DNA of 64,000 bases from NCBI GenBank assembly GCA_902623545.1, contig CACNUI010000004.1, positions 36,860 through 100,859 of the forward strand, written 5' to 3'. The notes beneath the pieces were generated by a model, which was given only the letters and a program-made list of their open reading frames with translations, was not told the origin of the DNA and made no database searches. The translations under genes and the position numbers were made by a program. Each line of letters starts with the position of its first letter. Position 1 is the stretch's first letter. Shown piece after piece: positions 63,967-64,000 of the stretch. The DNA comes from an uncultured Alphaproteobacteria bacterium (GTDB taxonomy: Bacteria; Pseudomonadota; Alphaproteobacteria; HIMB59; GCA-002718135).

Positions 63967-64000
63967 TAATTGTGAGCTATTCTTACTACGAGGTTTATAC

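Noticed and set aside
1-64000. Search by eye for CRISPR arrays, tandem or long direct repeats, IS elements, integrases, phage genes, toxin-antitoxin or restriction-modification/defence genes, tRNA and rRNA.
   Set aside because: I found none. Every ORF of 150 aa or more has a metabolic, transport or regulatory family assignment or is a lone hypothetical. No intergenic spacer is long or GC-rich enough to hold a tRNA. I saw no repeated spacer-repeat periodicity.

Overview
The window is AT-rich and almost entirely coding, with about 58 CDS, very short or overlapping intergenic spacers and many lysine/isoleucine/asparagine-rich proteins. This architecture is typical of a streamlined marine alphaproteobacterium (SAR11/Pelagibacterales-like; inferred from gene content and composition, not from a search). 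I saw no rRNA, tRNA, transposase, integrase, phage gene or CRISPR array.

Five functional blocks:
- 1-22.2 kb: carbohydrate and amino-sugar block. It holds an orphan MalK-type ATPase, a GlpD-like enzyme, HAD phosphatases, a glycerate-kinase-like P-loop kinase, a seven-gene minus-strand nag operon that also carries GMC oxidoreductase and enolase-superfamily genes, nanE plus a ROK kinase, a sugar ABC importer, an AstE/AspA-type deacylase with a UPF0309 SIS protein, a cytoplasmic GH20 hexosaminidase, a GalK-like kinase and a gamma-butyrobetaine-hydroxylase-like dioxygenase.
- 22.7-42.6 kb: methylated-amine island. Order is amt, two glutamine-synthetase-like ligases, mgsABC-like genes, a lone SoxB-like flavoprotein, IclR, a choline-kinase-like gene, tdm, tmm and tmoXWV.
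- 42.6-48 kb: SDR, Gfo/Idh/MocA and UxaA sugar/inositol oxidoreductase genes.
- 48-60.3 kb: a third GS-like ligase with ALDH, Fe-ADH and AKR, then ALDH, an FAD oxidase and a Pot-type ABC importer.
- 60.4-64 kb: a DMT transporter, an M19 dipeptidase and an unrecognised 553-aa protein.

The most notable items are:
- a glnA-motif (glutamine) riboswitch-like element in the amt leader;
- an unannotated 57-aa membrane ORF coupled to amt;
- two unrecognisable proteins inside the gmaS/mgs locus;
- a shared TTTCA-N5-TGAAACA operator-like site placed identically upstream of two operons;
- apparent gaps in the canonical methylamine pathway.
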